From the NCBI RefSeq assembly GCF_006345805.1, contig NC_042999.1, positions 19,840,001-19,904,000 of the forward strand: a stretch of DNA of 64,000 nt. Reading direction: 5' to 3'. Source of the stretch: Octopus sinensis. Its lineage: Eukaryota. The notes beneath the pieces were generated by a model. It worked only from the letters and a program-made list of their open reading frames with translations. It was not told the DNA's origin and searched no databases. Shown piece by piece: positions 1-12,040 of the stretch (position 1 is its first letter; each line of letters begins with the position of its first letter). The position numbers and the translations under genes were made by a program.

Positions 1-1135
1 TCGTCTATAATATTCTTTTTATTTTCTCTTTCATTTGGTGGTGTGGTCTTATTTAGTTCATGGATTCCTAAGTATTTGTAAGTTTGGCTTTGGTCTAATT
101 CTTTTATTTCATTGGTTTTATCTAGTGTGATGTTGTTACTCTTAACTAGTTTTCCTCTTTTCATGGTTACTTTGGCGCATTTTTCTAATCCAAATTTCAT
201 ATCTATTTCTTTGGTAAATCCATGAACTGTCTTTAATAGTGTTTCCAGCTGTTTGTCATTTGCAGCGTATAGTTTTAGGTCATCCATATATAAGGTGGCT
301 GATCGTTTTGCAGTAACATTTATATCCGCATCCAGTTCTATTTAGCATATCAGATAGAGGTGACAGTGCCAAGCAGAAAAGGAGTGGAGAGAGCGTGTCT
401 CCCTGGAATATTCCTCTTCTAATGGGGATGTCTTTGGTTTTCATGAGTCCCTCTTTTGTTTGGAGGTGTAGGACTGTTTGCCATTTATTCATAGAGGCTC
501 TATGAATTTATGATTGTTGGTGCTACTTTGTTTATGGCTAGTGTTTCGAGGATCCATGTGTGGGGGATGCTATCAAACGCCTTTTTGTAGTCAATCCAGG
601 CCATACTGAGGCCTTTCTTCTTTCTGTGGCTGTCTTCAGTTACGGCTTTATTAATCATTAGTTGATCTTTACAGCTATATGAGCCCTTGCGGCATCCTTT
701 CTGCTCTTCTGGGAACAGTTTGTTTTCGTCCAGGTGCTTGTACAACCTTTGCGATATCACTGAAGTAAATGCCTTGAACATAGTAGGGAAGCAGGTTATT
801 GGTCTGTAGTTTTCTGGTTTTTTTGTTTCAATTGATTTGGGAATTAAAATGGTTTTCCCCTTCGTGAGCCATTCAGGCATTGTCTCTGGCTCTGCTAGTA
901 TGCTGTTAAAGTTTTCAGCCAGCTTTTTGTGCATTCCTGTTAGATATTTCAACCCGAAGTTGGGGATCTTGTCATGCCGAGGTGCCTTCCAGTTGCTTAG
1001 TTTTTGCAGTGCCTGGGTGACCTCTTCAGTTGTTATGGGGGTCCAAAGTTGTTCAGATGCCGAGTTTGTTAGTTTCATACTCCTTTTTTTTGGCTGTTCG
1101 TTCGCCGACCATATTTCTCTCCAGAATTCTTCCAA
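1..1135 (-). pseudogene. Reverse transcriptase domain of the R4/Dong element, disrupted
   Basis: ORFs 500-1135 and 280-492 carry consecutive RT motifs, broken by a stop or frameshift at about 495 and about 285. Confidence 0.9.
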
Positions 1136-2570
1136 TTCTTCTGCCGTTGGTGCTGCAGTGACTTCTATTTTATTTTTGCCCAGTTCTTGGTAGAACTTTT
1201 TGGGGTCGGAGTTGAACTTTTTGTTCTGTTCAAAGAAGCGTTGGCGTTTCTCGTACCGGCGGATCCTTTGAGCTTTGGCAAGGATATCTTGCTTCAGCTT
1301 TTATTTTATCTCCGGCAAATCTTTTTCTGTGATGTTATATTTGCGGAGCATTTTTGTTCTCTTTTTGTTGCTCAGTAGCGTTGCTTGTTTGCTGATTTCA
1401 TTAAGAATCGACAGGTCTTTTCTAATTTTTTAAAATTTTGTTTTGGATGTTATTTATCCACAGGGTTTGTTTGGGTGGTGGTACTCCTGTTTGGGCGGGT
1501 TTGGGTGAGTATCCAGCTTCTTTTGTGGCTGCAGTGGCTGCTGCGTATATCAATTCATTTAGTTCAGTGATATCACTTTTTTTTTGTTTCAGTGGCTAGT
1601 TCAGTGACGGCTAGGTTTATGTTGTTTATAATTGGTGTTGTTATTGCGTTTATTTTTATTCTTGGGAGGTATGGTCGGTGGTCCATTTTGGGCTCTGTGG
1701 TTTTCAGTTCTTTGATTTTTTTTTTTTATATTATCAATCATTAGGCTCCCCTTCGTTGTTTACATCGTGTGTTTGTTGGGAATGTTGCGTTTGTCTTTGT
1801 GTTTTACAGTTTCAGTGTTTATATTATTGGGCATTGTTTGTTGGCTTCTAACTACATTTTCCTGGTGTATTTTTTCTTTTAAATGTTCTATTTCTATTTC
1901 TGATATTTTTTTTGTGTTGAGAATGTATCTTCGTACGTTAGCTAATTTATTAGGGTTCATTGCTGTATCCAAGTCTATATCTCTATTATTACCTTCCATA
2001 TTTTATATGTGTGTGTGTTGTTGTATTTTCATTTTGTGGGTAGAGCATTGCTGTGAAGTATGCGTGTAAGATAGAAATGTATTCCTCACGTGTCCATTTA
2101 CGTCTTTTGGGTTTTAATTGCGGGACATGAGGTACAACGTCCGGCCCATTATTTTGACGGTCGTCATTTTCGTAGGGTACCGGTCCGTTTATTTCTGTTG
2201 TCACATTTTTTGTTGTAGGTTTAATGTACGTACCGCTCGATTGTTATTCTTGGGTTGAATAGTATCGGTGGCATTTAATTTCTTCGTAGTTCCTTTGTAC
2301 ATGGTGTTTGAGGTCGGGGATGATCGTGTTGTTCCACGCATGTTTACATGTGTTGTGTTAGAGGTTGAGATAATATCGAGTCAAAATACATCATTTCGTT
2401 TCGAAAATAGTAATAAATTTCAATTAGTATTACTTACTCGTATATAGTCCAATTCTTTGTTAGTAAATCTTTGGCTCCATAGGGTGTCCTTGTTTTCGAT
2501 GTTTGTGGATAGATTTCGGAGCTCTGTATTTTCCTTCTTACATCTTAAACGTCCCCGGTGTCTCTTCTTC
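1..2570 (-). mobile_element. Decayed R4/Dong-clade (RLE) non-LTR retrotransposon, 5' part; 3' end lies left of the window
   Basis: Minus-strand fragments join across frameshifts and stops. N-terminal KRRKWTREEY...NKLANVRRYILNTKKISEIEIE, then AKAQRIRRYEKRQRFFEQNKKFNSDPKKFYQEL...EEFWREIW, then RT motifs NYRPITC, WIDYKKAFDSIPH, RGIFQGDTLSPLLF and a frameshifted YMDDLKLYA near 270-295. Clade assigned from recalled R4/Dong protein features. Confidence 0.85.
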
Positions 2571-2571
2571 T

Positions 2572-2572
<1 letters not shown>

Positions 2573-2641
<69 letters not shown>

Positions 2642-2666
2642 CATTATTATTATTATCATTATTATT

Positions 2667-2701
<35 letters not shown>
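2573..2701. repeat. (ATT)n/(TAA)n microsatellite
   Basis: About 40 ATT/ATC units, directly visible. Confidence 0.98.
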
Positions 2702-3290
2702 TGAGGCGCATGCAGAATGACGAAATCGTTCTGTACGTCCTCGTTCAGTGTCTAGGCATTACAGACTTGTGGGTTATGTTGAACAGCTGCTGTCACATTT
2801 AGGACGGATACAAGTCTGTAGTGATCACTGCACCGCCGCCCACCTTCAGTATGGCAGGCAAGGCATTTTTCTTTGCCTGGGGGCTGTGGCGAAAGAGGTT
2901 GTTTGGTGGACAAGGCTGAAAGGCATGAGCACAGTTACATTCCTCTTTGGTAGAACTGCTATTGACTTTTTCAGATTTCGCTTGAAAAGGAAATTGAGAG
3001 TGGAGAGGGAAGCGCTGTCCTCGAGTGAGTTTATCGAAAAGTGGGTGAAAGTTGCGAAAATGGCAAGAGTCGGAGAGAAGGAATTGGAGAGGGCACTTCC
3101 TCATGGGCTTTCAGGGAAATCTCGGACAGTGGGTTTCGTCTATTAACCCTTGAGGTGTTCCTGTATCAAGAGAGCAAGGTCTCTATCATCCCCACTTTTT
3201 TTTACCTTCGTATGCTATGCATATATCCCTTCTTTTCCAATGTATAGTGGGTACACTTTATCTATTTTTATTATTATTTTTTTTTTCTCA
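2702..3290 (+). mobile_element. 5'-truncated L1/Tx1-like LINE 3' end (ORF2 C-terminus plus 3' UTR)
   Basis: Translates to a degenerate Cys-knuckle remnant followed by VEQLLSHLGRI...FLCLGAVAKEVVWWTRLKG...FFRFRLKRKLRVEREALSSSEFIEKWVKVAKMARV, which resembles L1/Tx1 ORF2 C-termini. A T-rich UTR follows. Confidence 0.55.
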
Positions 3291-4202
3291 TTTCATTATT
3301 ATATATAAATCTTAAAATTTGTGTCTGTCTCTGTATTGTTCCCCTCATCCTTCACCCTTATAGCAAATAAGTGAAATTATCCCCCTCATCCTTCTCATCA
3401 TCATCATTATTATTGTTGTTGTTGTTGTTGTTGTTGTTATCAATTTTCTTCTTTCAACTAGATTTCCATTCCATCATTTTCCTTATTATTTTATATAGGC
3501 ACAACAAACTGAATGGCTGGAATAAAACGATAAAGTTCCAAACATCGAGCAGCAAGTAACCTTAGATGCCAAGAACTCTCCTAAGTACCCCAATAACACT
3601 GTTTTCTGGAGCTGCACTAAACTCGCTTTTATCCCTCTTTCCTTTATCCATCTGTTTCAGTCTTTCTGAATAGTTCGCAAAGCTGGGCAGTGTTTCATCA
3701 ATCTTTAAGTACTAATTCCAAGTTCTACCGAGGTAGGCTTTACCTTTCATTCTTTACGTGTCAGTAAAATAAGTATCAGTTCTGAAGAGGGGTTGCTGTA
3801 ATCAACCCCATTCCACAAAACATCAATCCGAATACGATGGCTTTCTGTTTAATTTTGAAACGATACAAATAAAACAGAAAAATAAAACTTGTGAAATTTC
3901 TTAACCGTAACATTCATTTTTTTTGTCATTTTTTCTGCCAAAAATAATCATTACATTTGACAAAATAATCTTAATGCTAAAGGGTTAATGTGATTAGCCA
4001 TGTAAATCCCCCACAAGAACGTTCTCTGCCCCACTCACTTCTCTTATACCTTAGCCCTCATCGAGTTTTGTAGGTTTGTGAGTTGCATGGTAACCTCACT
4101 AGAACCAGTGGAACGAGAAACGCACCCAGTACACACTATCAAGTGGTTGGTGTTGGGATGGGCATCTGGCTGCAGAAACCATATCAAAGCATATTTAAGG
4201 TA

Positions 4203-4432
4203 GCAAGACAGCAGAAACGTTAGCACGCCAGGTGAAATGCCTAGCAGTATTTCGTCTGCCATTATGTCCTGAGTTCAAATTCTGCCGAGGTCGACTTTGA
4301 CTTTCATCATTTTAGGGTCAATAAATTAAGTACCAGTTACGCTCTAGGGTCGATGTAATCAACTTAATCAATTTGTCTGTCCTTGTTTGGCCCTCTATGT
4401 TTAGCCCCTTGTGGGCAATAAAGTAATAAGAA
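4203..4432 (+). mobile_element. tRNA-derived SINE, family N (Deu/Nin-like core)
   Basis: Box A-like GGCAGAAACGTTAG, box B GAGTTCAAATTC, core CTTTCATC..GGGTCGATAAA.TAAGTACCAG. Many copies in the window. Confidence 0.8.
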
Positions 4433-4569
4433 ACCATATCAAAGCAGACATAGGAGTGAGTTGGAGTCCTTGGATCCAGTGGATCTTCGACAAACCATCC
4501 AACCCATGTGAGTGTTAGAAATATATAAAGTACTGTAAATGCGTGTGCATGTGTGTGTGCAAAAATAGT

Positions 4570-4771
4570 TGCCTGGCACCTGTGCCAGTGGCACATAAAA
4601 AGCACCCACTACACTCACGGAGTGGTTGGCATTAGGAAGGGCATCCAGCTGTAGAAACAGTGCCAGATCAGACTGGAGCCTGGTGCAGCCTTCTGGCTTT
4701 CCAGACCCTGGTCGAACTGTCCAACCCATGCTAGCATGGAAAACGGTCGTTAAACGATGATGATGATGATT

Positions 4772-4806
<35 letters not shown>
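4570..4806 (+). mobile_element. RTE-type LINE/SINE 3' end, family M, (GAT)n tail
   Basis: AGGAAGGGCATCCAGCTGTAGAAAC...CCCATGCTAGCATGGAAA..GTTAAACGATGATGAT. More than 10 copies in the window. Confidence 0.8.
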
Positions 4807-4808
<2 letters not shown>

Positions 4809-5302
4809 AAAAGTTCTTTTAACATTAAAATAAACCACCAAAGAACCTGTTAGGGGCAGTTTCCTTGCCTTGGAACTGAGGTATCTTGCCTGAATGAAGG
4901 AGTGATGCAGAGCCTATATAGGGTCCACTTAGCTGCACGGATCTATTTCAGCATATTGAATCTCTCCCACCATTTTATTTTTGTTGCTGACAACTAGAAT
5001 TTTCTGTGTTGTGTATAGTTTCAAAGAGAAACTTTCAGAACATTGAGACCTTCTCTTATGACCAGATCCTCAAACATCCCTAGTCTTTATTTAATTATCT
5101 GTGATTCACTTGCAATGAAGCTTTATAAGTGGTATTAGAAATATTCACACAAAGTCATTGCTTTGATTAAATATTTACAGGAAAATTTCACTTCCAACTA
5201 ATTGAGAAGAGAATATTTGTTTTTGGATGTACTGGGGGTAACCAGAATCTCTCTGGTTTTATTTTTGCTTTTAACATGCTAAGAGACTTCTTTCATTTTT
5301 TT

Positions 5303-5625
5303 ACTTCATCATCATCCCCATCATCATCATCATCCTCATCCTCATCATCAGACTCCAATCTGATCTGGCAGAGTTTCTACTGCTGGATGCCCTTCCTAAC
5401 GCCAACCACTCCAAGAGTGTAGTGGGTGCTTTTACGTGCCACCGGTGCGAGGGCCAGTCAGGTGGTACTGGCAACGGCCACGCCCAGATGGTGCTTTTTA
5501 TGTGCCACCTGCACAGGAGCCAGTCCAGCGACACTGGCTACGACCTCGCTCGAATGTTTCACGTGCCACCAGCACAAGTGCTAGTAAGGCGACGTGGTAA
5601 CGATCAGATGACGCGGTACTGAAAT
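5303..5625 (-). mobile_element. Family M 3' end
   Basis: Reverse complement of family M, with a (CAT)n tail on the left. Confidence 0.75.
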
Positions 5626-5970
5626 TGGTCTGTGGCCATGCTGAAGCACTACCTTAAAGGGTTTTTTAGCCAAACAAATTTATCTTAAAACTAATTTTTT
5701 TTCAATCCTGGTACTTATTTTGATGGACTCTTTTGGCAAACTGTTAAGTCAGGGTAAAAATAAACAAAAAACACCAGTTATCAAGTGGTGGATGGGGGAC
5801 AAACATAAACACAAAAACATACACAAATAGACATATATACATATATATATATATCAACATCATCATCATCGTTTAACATTCACTTTAGATGCTAGCTTGG
5901 GTTGGACGGTTTCACTGAGGACTGGCAAGCCAGGAGGGTGGCTAAGGCTCCAATTTGATCTGACAAGGTT

Positions 5971-6204
5971 TCTGTTGTGTCTGGGAAGAGACCTCTATAA
6001 TTTAACACACTCACCTGTAAAACTTCCACTTATATCCATCTTTATTTTCGTAAAATTTTCGTCACATCTTACAACCTTTTCAATAGTTTTGCAAGACGCA
6101 ATGAAAATTTCAGAAAAATAAAATAAGAAAGAAGAGGAAATTTTACCGGTGATTGTGTTGAATTATAAGACACTAAAAGAGAGTGACTCTCGCCAGACAC
6201 CACA

Positions 6205-6205
<1 letters not shown>
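5971..6205. mobile_element. Foldback MITE, family F (TCTGTTGTGTCTGGGGAGAGTCATTCTC termini)
   Basis: Imperfect palindrome. Homologous copies at 9757-10022, 12041-12428 and 48690-49031. Confidence 0.7.
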
Positions 6206-6282
<77 letters not shown>

Positions 6283-6287
<5 letters not shown>

Positions 6288-6542
6288 GGTCCCGGGTTGA
6301 TTCGGGGTTAACCACAGTAAATAAGGTACTCAATACATAGCAGAGTAAATTAATTTATTTTATAGAAGGAGCTTCTACAGGACTAGAACTGTTTCATTCA
6401 AAAGAAATCATGCTTCCTGATGATTTCTTTTGAATGAAACAGTTCTAGTCCTGTAGAAGCTCCTTCTATAAAATAAATTAATTTACTCTGCTATGTATTG
6501 AGTACCTTATTTACTGTGGTTAACCCCGACTCAACCCGGGAC

Positions 6543-6546
<4 letters not shown>
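6283..6546. repeat. 264-bp palindrome P1 (Penelope-like inverted pLTR fragment) between (TA)n tracts
   Basis: Arms 6283-6411 and 6420-6546 are reverse complements except for one substitution. Loop is GCTTCCTG. The right half carries a hammerhead motif. Confidence 0.9.
6412..6460 (+). ncRNA. Minimal type I hammerhead ribozyme, copy 1
   Basis: GCTTC-CTGATGA-TTTCTTTTGAAT-GAAA-CAG-TTCTAGTC-CTG-TA-GAAGC. Stem I is GCTTC/GAAGC, both core boxes are intact, stem II is TTC/GAA, stem III is ACAG/CTGT with a CTAG palindromic loop. The GUA triplet predicts cleavage after 6455. Confidence 0.75.
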
Positions 6547-6583
<37 letters not shown>

Positions 6584-6614
6584 ATAAATATATATATATA
6601 TAATATATATATAT

Positions 6615-6874
6615 ATGTAGGTCCCGGGTTGATTCGGGGTTAACCACAGTAAATAAGGTACTCAATACATAGCAGAGTAAATTAATTTATTTTATAGAAG
6701 GAGCTTCTACAGACTAGAACTGTTTCATTCAAAAGAAATCATGCTTCCTGATGATTTCTTTTGAATGAAACAGTTCTAGTCCTGTAGAAGCTCCTTCTAT
6801 AAAATAAATTAATTTACTCTGCTATGTATTGAGTACCTTATTTACTGTGGTTAACCCCGACTCAACCCGGGACC

Positions 6875-6878
<4 letters not shown>
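6615..6878. repeat. Palindrome P2, direct duplicate of P1
   Basis: Same sequence, same loop orientation and same arm mismatch as P1, with one 1-nt indel. Confidence 0.9.
6743..6791 (+). ncRNA. Minimal type I hammerhead ribozyme, copy 2
   Basis: Identical to 6412-6460. Predicted cleavage after 6786. Confidence 0.7.
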
Positions 6879-6919
<41 letters not shown>

Positions 6920-7089
6920 TGTGGTGTCTGGCGAGAGTCACTCTCTTTTAGTGTCTTATAATTCAACACATCACCGGTAAAATTTCCTCTTCTTTCTTAT
7001 TTTATTTTTCTGAAATTTTCATTGCGTCTTGCAAAACTATTGAAAAGGTTGTAAGATGTGACGAAAATTTTACGAAAATAAAGATGGAT

Positions 7090-7554
7090 ATGTTTGATTT
7101 AGCAGAACTAATAAGCTTACTTTGGAACAAGAACTGAAAAATAAAGAGTGGTTTCTCTACTATCTGAGATAAATATGATGATATACACATTTCTATTACA
7201 GAGTAGAAATGGTGATAGATAAATAACTAAACAACTGAATGAGTTAGAAGTGTAGAAATGTTTGTTTAGACCTATACAAAATAAAGGAACTTTTGTCTAG
7301 AACTGATGTAAGAGTTTTGTAGATAACCCATTAAACTTTGAATACAGAAACAGTTAGTTCAAATCTACAATGTAGCGTCAAATATTGGTAATGTGATTAC
7401 TAAATAATTACAAGAACACTTAAAAGTATTAGTAAAAACATGCTATGTGCTACGACTTCATACTCACATATGTAGGAATGACAACTGTAGTTCCTAAACA
7501 TACACACACATATGCATTTTAATATGTGTATATCTATCTATCTATCTATTTATG

Positions 7555-7609
<55 letters not shown>

Positions 7610-7725
7610 TATTTTATAGAAGGAGCTTCTACAGGACTAGACTGTTTCATTCAAAAGAAATCATGCTTCCTGATGATTTCTTTTGAATGAAACAGTTCTA
7701 GTCCTGTAGAAGCTCCTTCTATAAA

Positions 7726-7764
<39 letters not shown>

Positions 7765-8253
7765 AAGACATAAATAGATAGATAGATAGATAGATATACA
7801 CATATTAAAATGCATATGTGTGTGTATGTTTAGGAACTACAGTTGTCATTCCTACATATGTGAGTATGAAGTCGTAGCACATAGCATGTTTTTACTAATA
7901 CTTTTAAGTGTTCTTGTAATTACTTAGTAATTACTTAAGTGTTCTTGTAATTACCAATATTTGACGCTACATTGTAGATTTGAACTAACTGTTTCTGTAT
8001 TCAAAGTTTAATGGGTTATCTACAAAACTCTTACATCAGTTCTAGACAAAAGTTCCTTTATTTTGTATAGGTCTAAACAAACATTTCTACTCTTCTAACT
8101 CATTCAGTTGTTTAGTTATTTATCTATCACCATTTCTACTCTGTAATAGAAATGTGTATATCATCATATTTATCTCAGATAGTAGAGAAACCACTCTTTA
8201 TTTTTCAGTTCTTGTTCCAAAGTAAGCTTATTAGTTTCTGCTAAATCAAACAT
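7090..8253. repeat. About 1.16-kb near-perfect palindrome centred on a shortened P cassette
   Basis: 7090-7664 is the reverse complement of 7673-8253, apart from a few indels and one garbled patch near 7395/7925. Confidence 0.9.
7665..7713 (+). ncRNA. Minimal type I hammerhead ribozyme, copy 3
   Basis: Identical motif at the centre of the 1.16-kb palindrome. Confidence 0.7.
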
Positions 8254-8589
8254 TGCACAGAACACGAAATATAAACATTGACAAAGACAAGCAATATTGT
8301 GGTGAGATGGTTAGACTGGGTAAATGAAAAAAAAAAAACAAAAAAAAACATAAAAGAATATAAGACAAAATAATAAAAACATTCAACAATGCAAAAACCT
8401 CTAGTATATAACTAACAGAACTTTCATAGATGTAAAGAAACGGCTTGTGAGCAGAAGTCATGGTTGAGAACATTATTTATTGTTAATGATACGAGTTTAA
8501 ATATCAATTACATTCATATGAAGATGATGTATGAGGAACTATGTCAGCAATAGTTTGGCTTGGTCTTTCAATGCCGTTGAAGGATAAAA

Positions 8590-8616
8590 TATTTCACGTA
8601 TATATATATGTGTGGG

Positions 8617-8657
<41 letters not shown>

Positions 8658-8792
8658 TTATATAAATATATGTATTATATATATATGTGTGTGTATGTAT
8701 ATGTTATATATATATTATATAATATATATATATATATATATCCACACGAACATATATGCGTATACATATATATACACATATATATACAGATA

Positions 8793-8842
<50 letters not shown>

Positions 8843-9200
8843 CATATATATGTATATATATACATATATGTAATATATAAATATATATGTATATATATAT
8901 ACATATATGTGTGTATATATATGCATATATATGTATATATATATGCATATATATATGTATATATATGCATATATATGTAATTATATATGTGTGTGTATAT
9001 ATGTATATTAATATATATGTGTGTATATAGGTATATATTTATATGCATATATATAAGTATATATGTGTGTGTGTTTATATATATATATAGAGAGAGAGAG
9101 AGTGAGAGAGAGAGATAGAGATACTTACATATCTATACATAGATATTTACATCTGTACATTTATATATATAAATATATATACACATACATGCTCACACAT

Positions 9201-9240
<40 letters not shown>
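8590..9240. repeat. Compound (TA)n/(CA)n/(GA)n microsatellite field
   Basis: Directly visible. It is the source of the YI/IY ORFs. Confidence 0.95.
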
Positions 9241-9241
<1 letters not shown>

Positions 9242-9756
9242 CAAGCTAAGAATTATGGTATCTCTATAAACAAACAGCCTTAGAGTCAATGTGTGTGTGT
9301 GTATGTAGATAAAGAATTGCTAAAGGGGTGACAGTGGTTGAAAAACATTTCATTGTTAGAATACAAACACATGTAAATTCTTGGAAAGCTCCAAAGAACG
9401 TTAATGAGCTGAGCTGATGCTTAACAGACATTTCTTGGTAATAAGCATATCAGAAATAAATATTTCATTGCAATAAATCCACGTCTGTCACATGTACCAT
9501 ATTCCTTAGAGTCTATTTATCTACTCTTGATTTTTGGATGCATTAGGATTCGTAGAATTAAATGTCTCGAAATATTTCTCTCAAATGCCTCCAAGATTAT
9601 TCTTAGTATGGTTCAGATCAAGTTTGGTTTTGCTGTTCCTTGATATTTATTCCTAACTCATTCTTGATGGAAGGCTGGAATACTCTTCAATAAAACCGCA
9701 GTAATGAAGAGTATGGCCTCAATAAAACCAACCCTATCCAGCTAAAATATTCTACC

Positions 9757-10022
9757 TCTGTTGTGTCAGGGGAGAGTCATTCTCTTTTAGTGCCTTATAA
9801 TTTAACACACTCACTGGTAAAATTTCCACTTCTTTCTTTTTTTTTATTTTTCTAAAATTCTCGTTTCGTCTTGCAACCTTTTCAATAGTTTTGAAATGTT
9901 ACTGGTGAGTTTGTTAAATTATAAGGCACCAAAAGAGAATGACTCTCCCCAGACATAACAGAATATGCTTCAACATGCGAATTCTCATAAAGAGTCTTGC
10001 AAACCAAATACAAAAACGAAAT
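9757..10022. mobile_element. Foldback MITE family F copy
   Basis: GGGGAGAGTCATTCTCTTTTAGTGCCTTATAATTT ... AAATTATAAGGCACCAAAAGAGAATGACTCTCCCC inverted ends. Confidence 0.75.
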
Positions 10023-10714
10023 ATTCTATCTCTGTTATCTTCAAACAAGCTAGATCCTCCTCTCACACTTAACCTACAATGTCATTCTAAAAATAAATAA
10101 TTTCGTCATTGAACTGTTCATGCTACAAGAAAATATATTTGTGAGTAAATGTTAGGTATAACATATTTTGTATATACAGCCTACTTGGGGGAGTGAGTAA
10201 ATGAATTACCTCTCTTGTTCTGAGGTCACTCCTCTTTATTTATTTCTATTAGTTTGTCTCGCTTTCTGGAAGAAATTGATTGGGGGTTAGTGTTGGATAG
10301 GAATATGCTCCACATACTCTAAAAATGCCCCAGACCCCAGTAGGGATCCATGGTCTCATAAGGCCATTGTTTTACACCTGGGTCATTATGATGAAAAATC
10401 AGTACCAATGTAGCCTCTATGTGTTTAAATTAGATACTAGAAATAACAACAATTTCCTCAGATTACACTGTCTTCAAAAGTCTACAATACATTCCTAGAT
10501 TTGCAATGTCTTGTAAGGCAGAATGATCAAAGCAAGAAGATTTTCGATCATGGTTTTGCTCATTCAACACTTATCCACGTTCAAAGACGTACAAGGCAGC
10601 ATACTCACAGAACTGTCTTTAATTATGTATCTGCTGTATTAAGACTAACCTAAAGCCAAACTACTGTAATAACCATTATACACGTGAAATTCGACCTAAA
10701 TCAAAGAGAAATTC

Positions 10715-11379
10715 GATGACGGGTACGAGCACCATACGAGCGTGATCATTGACAAAGCGGCTAACCGGCTTCCATGCCAGTGGAATATAAAAGCACCATT
10801 CGAGTGTGATCGTTACCAGTGTCGCCTTACTGACACTTGTGCCCCGTGCTAGCAGGGTGCTAAGAGCACCATCCGAGTGTGATCGTTGACAGAGCGGCTA
10901 AGCGGCTTCCGTGCCAGTGGCACGTAAAAGGCACCATTCGAGTGTGATCGTTACCAGTGTCGCCTTACTGGCACTTGTGTCCCGTGCTAGTAGGGTGCCA
11001 AGAGCACCATCCGAGTGTGATCATTGCCAGAGCAGCTAACTGGCTTCTGTACCGGTGGCATGTAGGAGGCACCATTCGAGTGGGATCATTACCAGCATCG
11101 CCTTACTGGCACCTGCGCCAATGACACGTGTAAAAAAATTCAAGCGAGGTTGTTGCCAGTACTGCCTGACTGGCCCCCGTGCCAGTGGAACGTAAAAGCA
11201 CCTACTACACTCTGGCAGTGTTTGGCGTTAGGAAGGGCATCCAGCTGTAGAAACTCTGCCAGATCAAGACTGGAGCCTGGTGCAGCCATCTGCTTCGCCA
11301 GCCCACAGTCATACCGTCCAACCCATGCTAGGATGGAAAGCGGACGTTAAACGACGACGACGATGATGATGATGATGAT
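10715..11379 (+). mobile_element. Family M element with three internal tandem units of about 138 bp
   Basis: GAGCACCAT.CGAG.GTGATC recurs at 10727, 10864 and 11002, followed by the standard M 3' end and a GAC/GAT tail. Confidence 0.8.
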
Positions 11380-12040
11380 TGAAACAATCTTTTAGTGAAA
11401 GGAAAAAGAAATATTTACAAGTGACCAAAGATGTGTTGGATACTGAAACATCATCAGCTGTAGTTGAATGATGTTACTGTGTTAAAGAACAACGATTGAT
11501 CACAGCTGAGATCGGAAAAACTGATAGCTCAGATCATACATGCTTCAAAAATTTGGTGGGAAATGTACACAAGTTAAAATTTATAAGATAACAGAAGATG
11601 AATTCGGAAGCTGTTCCTTATTACAATATTTGGAGATGTTAAGAAATGCATTTCATTGATGTTATGAAATATATTTATTTTCTTTTGACTTTCAATCCAT
11701 TATTTCATGTTGGAATGATTCAAAGTTATCTATTGTTCTATAAATTACCATATTTGACTATGAATTCTTTTAGAATGTGAGCCTAACATTAAGCATTCAA
11801 CCTTGAACCGAGAGGAGAATCATGAATCACTGGTTGTTATAAACAATGCAAGAAACCAACTAATCTTTATATAACAATTCAATATAACTGTTGTTTGCAG
11901 CGTTCAGCTGAATACACGCATAGTACCTATCATCTGCCAAGCCCCCGAGTAAACCTTTATGTGGCTGTTCAGCTTGATAGGTATAGCAGCCAAATCTCTC
12001 TTAAACAATGCCCTATTGTTTAATAAATAAAGGAATAACA

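Noticed and set aside
8541-9269. YI/IY/CV-rich ORFs here and at about 19.8, 21.8, 39.7, 44.7 and 47.4 kb
   Set aside because: Dinucleotide microsatellite translations.
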